NCBI GenBank assembly: GCA_963667015.2 | Contig: CAXXJJ010000001.1 | Span: 1,568,001 to 1,632,000 of the forward strand | DNA: 64,000 nt | Direction of reading: 5' to 3' | Source: Desulfatiglandales bacterium | GTDB lineage: Bacteria; Desulfobacterota; DSM-4660; Desulfatiglandales; HGW-15 | Made by a program: the position numbers and the translations under genes | The notes under the pieces: model-generated | Databases searched by the model: none | What the model was told of the DNA's origin: nothing | The model's input: only the letters and a program-made list of their open reading frames with translations | Part shown: piece after piece, positions 62,347-64,000 of the stretch | How the letters are laid out: every line of letters starts with the position of its first letter | Numbering within the stretch: position 1 is the first letter of the stretch

Positions 62347-63739
62347 CCTAACCATTTTAAAATATTTCCTTGTCCTGCTCTTTTGTATTCTGCTTATGGC
62401 AGGCTGCAATGGCGGCGGCGGGGGAGGAGATGACGGTGATGAAAACCTAGACGATAATCCGGGTGAAGATGAAACAGTTGATCCCGGACAATGGTATATG
62501 CATGCGGTAAAACATCTTGATGCCGAAGGGCTGCTTATTCCCCAGGTTACAGCACAGCCGGGAAATGACGGTAATATAAGAATAGCCTATTTCAGTGACG
62601 GAACCGATTACGGGACGGAAAACCGCTACAATATCAACTTTCTTATCTGGGAACCGGAGACTGATGAGATTATTGATGAAGAATTATTGAATCCTGTTCC
62701 GCCCGAAGCGGGCGGTGAAGGGCTTGACAACTGTAACCCCATAGCAATGGATCTCGGCAATCTTGACTACCCGGTAATTGCCTACCAGGGGGGATACGGC
62801 CGGGACCAGGGACCGGATGCCGAAAGACAGTCTGATGTAATGTTCAGTATTCGGGATGACATTGGATGGGAAGAATATATGGGAGCAATGGGGTATGTCG
62901 AACGCAGTTTTCTCTATGATGGTCTTGCGGGAAGTGATCTGTCTGTAGCTATTGATTCCCGGGGATATATACATCTCTGCTATCAGTTTTATTACGAGGG
63001 TATGGATTCATATAATTTCGGTTACCCTGATTTGAATTATGCCAGGCACAACGGGAATACCCTTAATAACATGATCGGTGACAGCGATTGGGCCGATATT
63101 GAAGAAACTGTATATGGCAGTGAATTTACCGATACTTCAGCAACCCATAGAAATATTGGGCGCAGCTGTAAACTGCTGCTCGACGATAGTGATAATCCGG
63201 TTGTATTTTTTGTGGAAGACACCGATTTCAGTAATACCTACGGCCTCTGGTTTGCCAGGCGCGGGAGTAACGGGAACTGGACCAGACAGTGGGTTGAGAA
63301 GGGCAGTAGCGGGTGGACAATCGGAGATGTAAGTGCTGCAAAGGATCCGGAGGGGAATTTTGCAGTGGCCTATTCAAAGATCTGCCTGAGTTGTGACGAC
63401 GATGAGGGAGATCATCTAAAGTATGCTTCTCAGTCCGGCGATTCATGGGATGTTCAGGTTGTAGACGAATCATCAATCTGCGGATACAGTCCCAGCCTTG
63501 CCTTTGATTCACAGGGTAATCCTTCCATTGCCTATTATGATCTGGAGAGTCACAGCGGACATAATCGTGAATATCTGAAGCTGGCCAGTTTTTCCGGCGC
63601 TGCATGGACTTCGGAAACTGTAATGGAGAATGATGATTTCGGTCATCATAACAGTTTGTGGTTTGACTCTGGCGACAGACCCTTTATTTGTTCCTATTCA
63701 GAGGAAGAGGATGATATCGCAATTTTTGAAAAGCATTAA
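62318..63739 (+). CDS. Acidic lipoprotein with propeller-like repeats
   Basis: Lipobox MAGC + Gly linker; repeated YA..W...VD...SLA.D..G.P.I.Y units. Confidence 0.65.
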   Translation: MLALRYHKTNLTILKYFLVLLFCILLMAGCNGGGGGGDDGDENLDDNPGEDETVDPGQWYMHAVKHLDAEGLLIPQVTAQPGNDGNIRIAYFSDGTDYGTENRYNINFLIWEPETDEIIDEELLNPVPPEAGGEGLDNCNPIAMDLGNLDYPVIAYQGGYGRDQGPDAERQSDVMFSIRDDIGWEEYMGAMGYVERSFLYDGLAGSDLSVAIDSRGYIHLCYQFYYEGMDSYNFGYPDLNYARHNGNTLNNMIGDSDWADIEETVYGSEFTDTSATHRNIGRSCKLLLDDSDNPVVFFVEDTDFSNTYGLWFARRGSNGNWTRQWVEKGSSGWTIGDVSAAKDPEGNFAVAYSKICLSCDDDEGDHLKYASQSGDSWDVQVVDESSICGYSPSLAFDSQGNPSIAYYDLESHSGHNREYLKLASFSGAAWTSETVMENDDFGHHNSLWFDSGDRPFICSYSEEEDDIAIFEKH

Positions 63740-63796
63740 GCTCATGAAACAGGAATATTTTTGTATACAACACTTTGAAATGTGGAGGTCCGGATC

Positions 63797-64000
63797 ATGA
63801 AAAGTAAAATTATAAAAAAAGTTTATATATTTTTAATTTGCGCCCTGCTTGTCGGCTGGTCCGCAGGATCAGTAAATGCCCAGTGGACAAATGATATTTT
63901 TGATGAGTGCCCTGATGACCAGTGCGGGGCTCCTCCTTCAGGAGGGGTAGGCGGCGGAGGTGCCGGCGGAGGACCTCTTGTAATTTCATATAACTTTGGT
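63797..64000 (+). CDS. 5' part of an exported protein running off the window (possibly thrombospondin-repeat/MtsC-like)
   Basis: GGAGG RBS; MKSKIIKK...VNAQWTNDIFDECPDDQCGAPPSGGVGGGGAGGGPLV. Confidence 0.55.
   Translation, partial: MKSKIIKKVYIFLICALLVGWSAGSVNAQWTNDIFDECPDDQCGAPPSGGVGGGGAGGGPLVISYNFG

Noticed and set aside
141..63605. Numerous short antisense/overlapping ORFs in the track (e.g. 36672-37637 minus, 3244-3786 minus, 25488-26063 plus)
   Set aside because: Shadows of well-supported genes on the other strand or frame, with no recognisable motifs

Overview
Bacterial chromosomal window; gene content (selD, UGSC-type selenoprotein, octaheme cytochrome, TRAP, MglA, HDOD/DUF4388 regulators, sigma54 promoters) suggests a Desulfobacterota/deltaproteobacterium (inference). 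1-27.7 kb is mostly housekeeping and accessory metabolism: two GH130 enzymes, FtsH, an unannotated HTH_17 gene, HU, LysM amidase, adenylate cyclase, MscS, esterase, a Sec-readthrough lipoprotein, an HAO-family cytochrome, an antiporter, zur-znuACB, ComF and a helicase-exonuclease fusion. 28-41.4 kb is a plastic region. It holds a frameshifted giant S8/FG-GAP surface protein and two Y1-HUH transposase genes, each bounded by perfect 24-25 bp terminal inverted repeats (GGGGTC...GACCCC) that contain a TTGACA hexamer and the stop codon. It also has two orphan/degenerate copies of that end at the 3' ends of cargo-like genes, tandem duplications at both right ends, perfect loopless palindromes about 130 bp upstream of both elements, and a 3.3 kb integrase-less islet flanked by a duplicated dctM 3' end. 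41.5-51.4 kb is a signalling/polarity cluster (HK, RRs, FlhG/MinD, MglA, PilB-like ATPase) plus Sec-containing selD. 52-64 kb is a sigma54/IHF-driven operon resembling the myxobacterial Agl-Glt/Nfs envelope motor. No rRNA, tRNA or CRISPR array was seen. All calls are by eye, without database searches.
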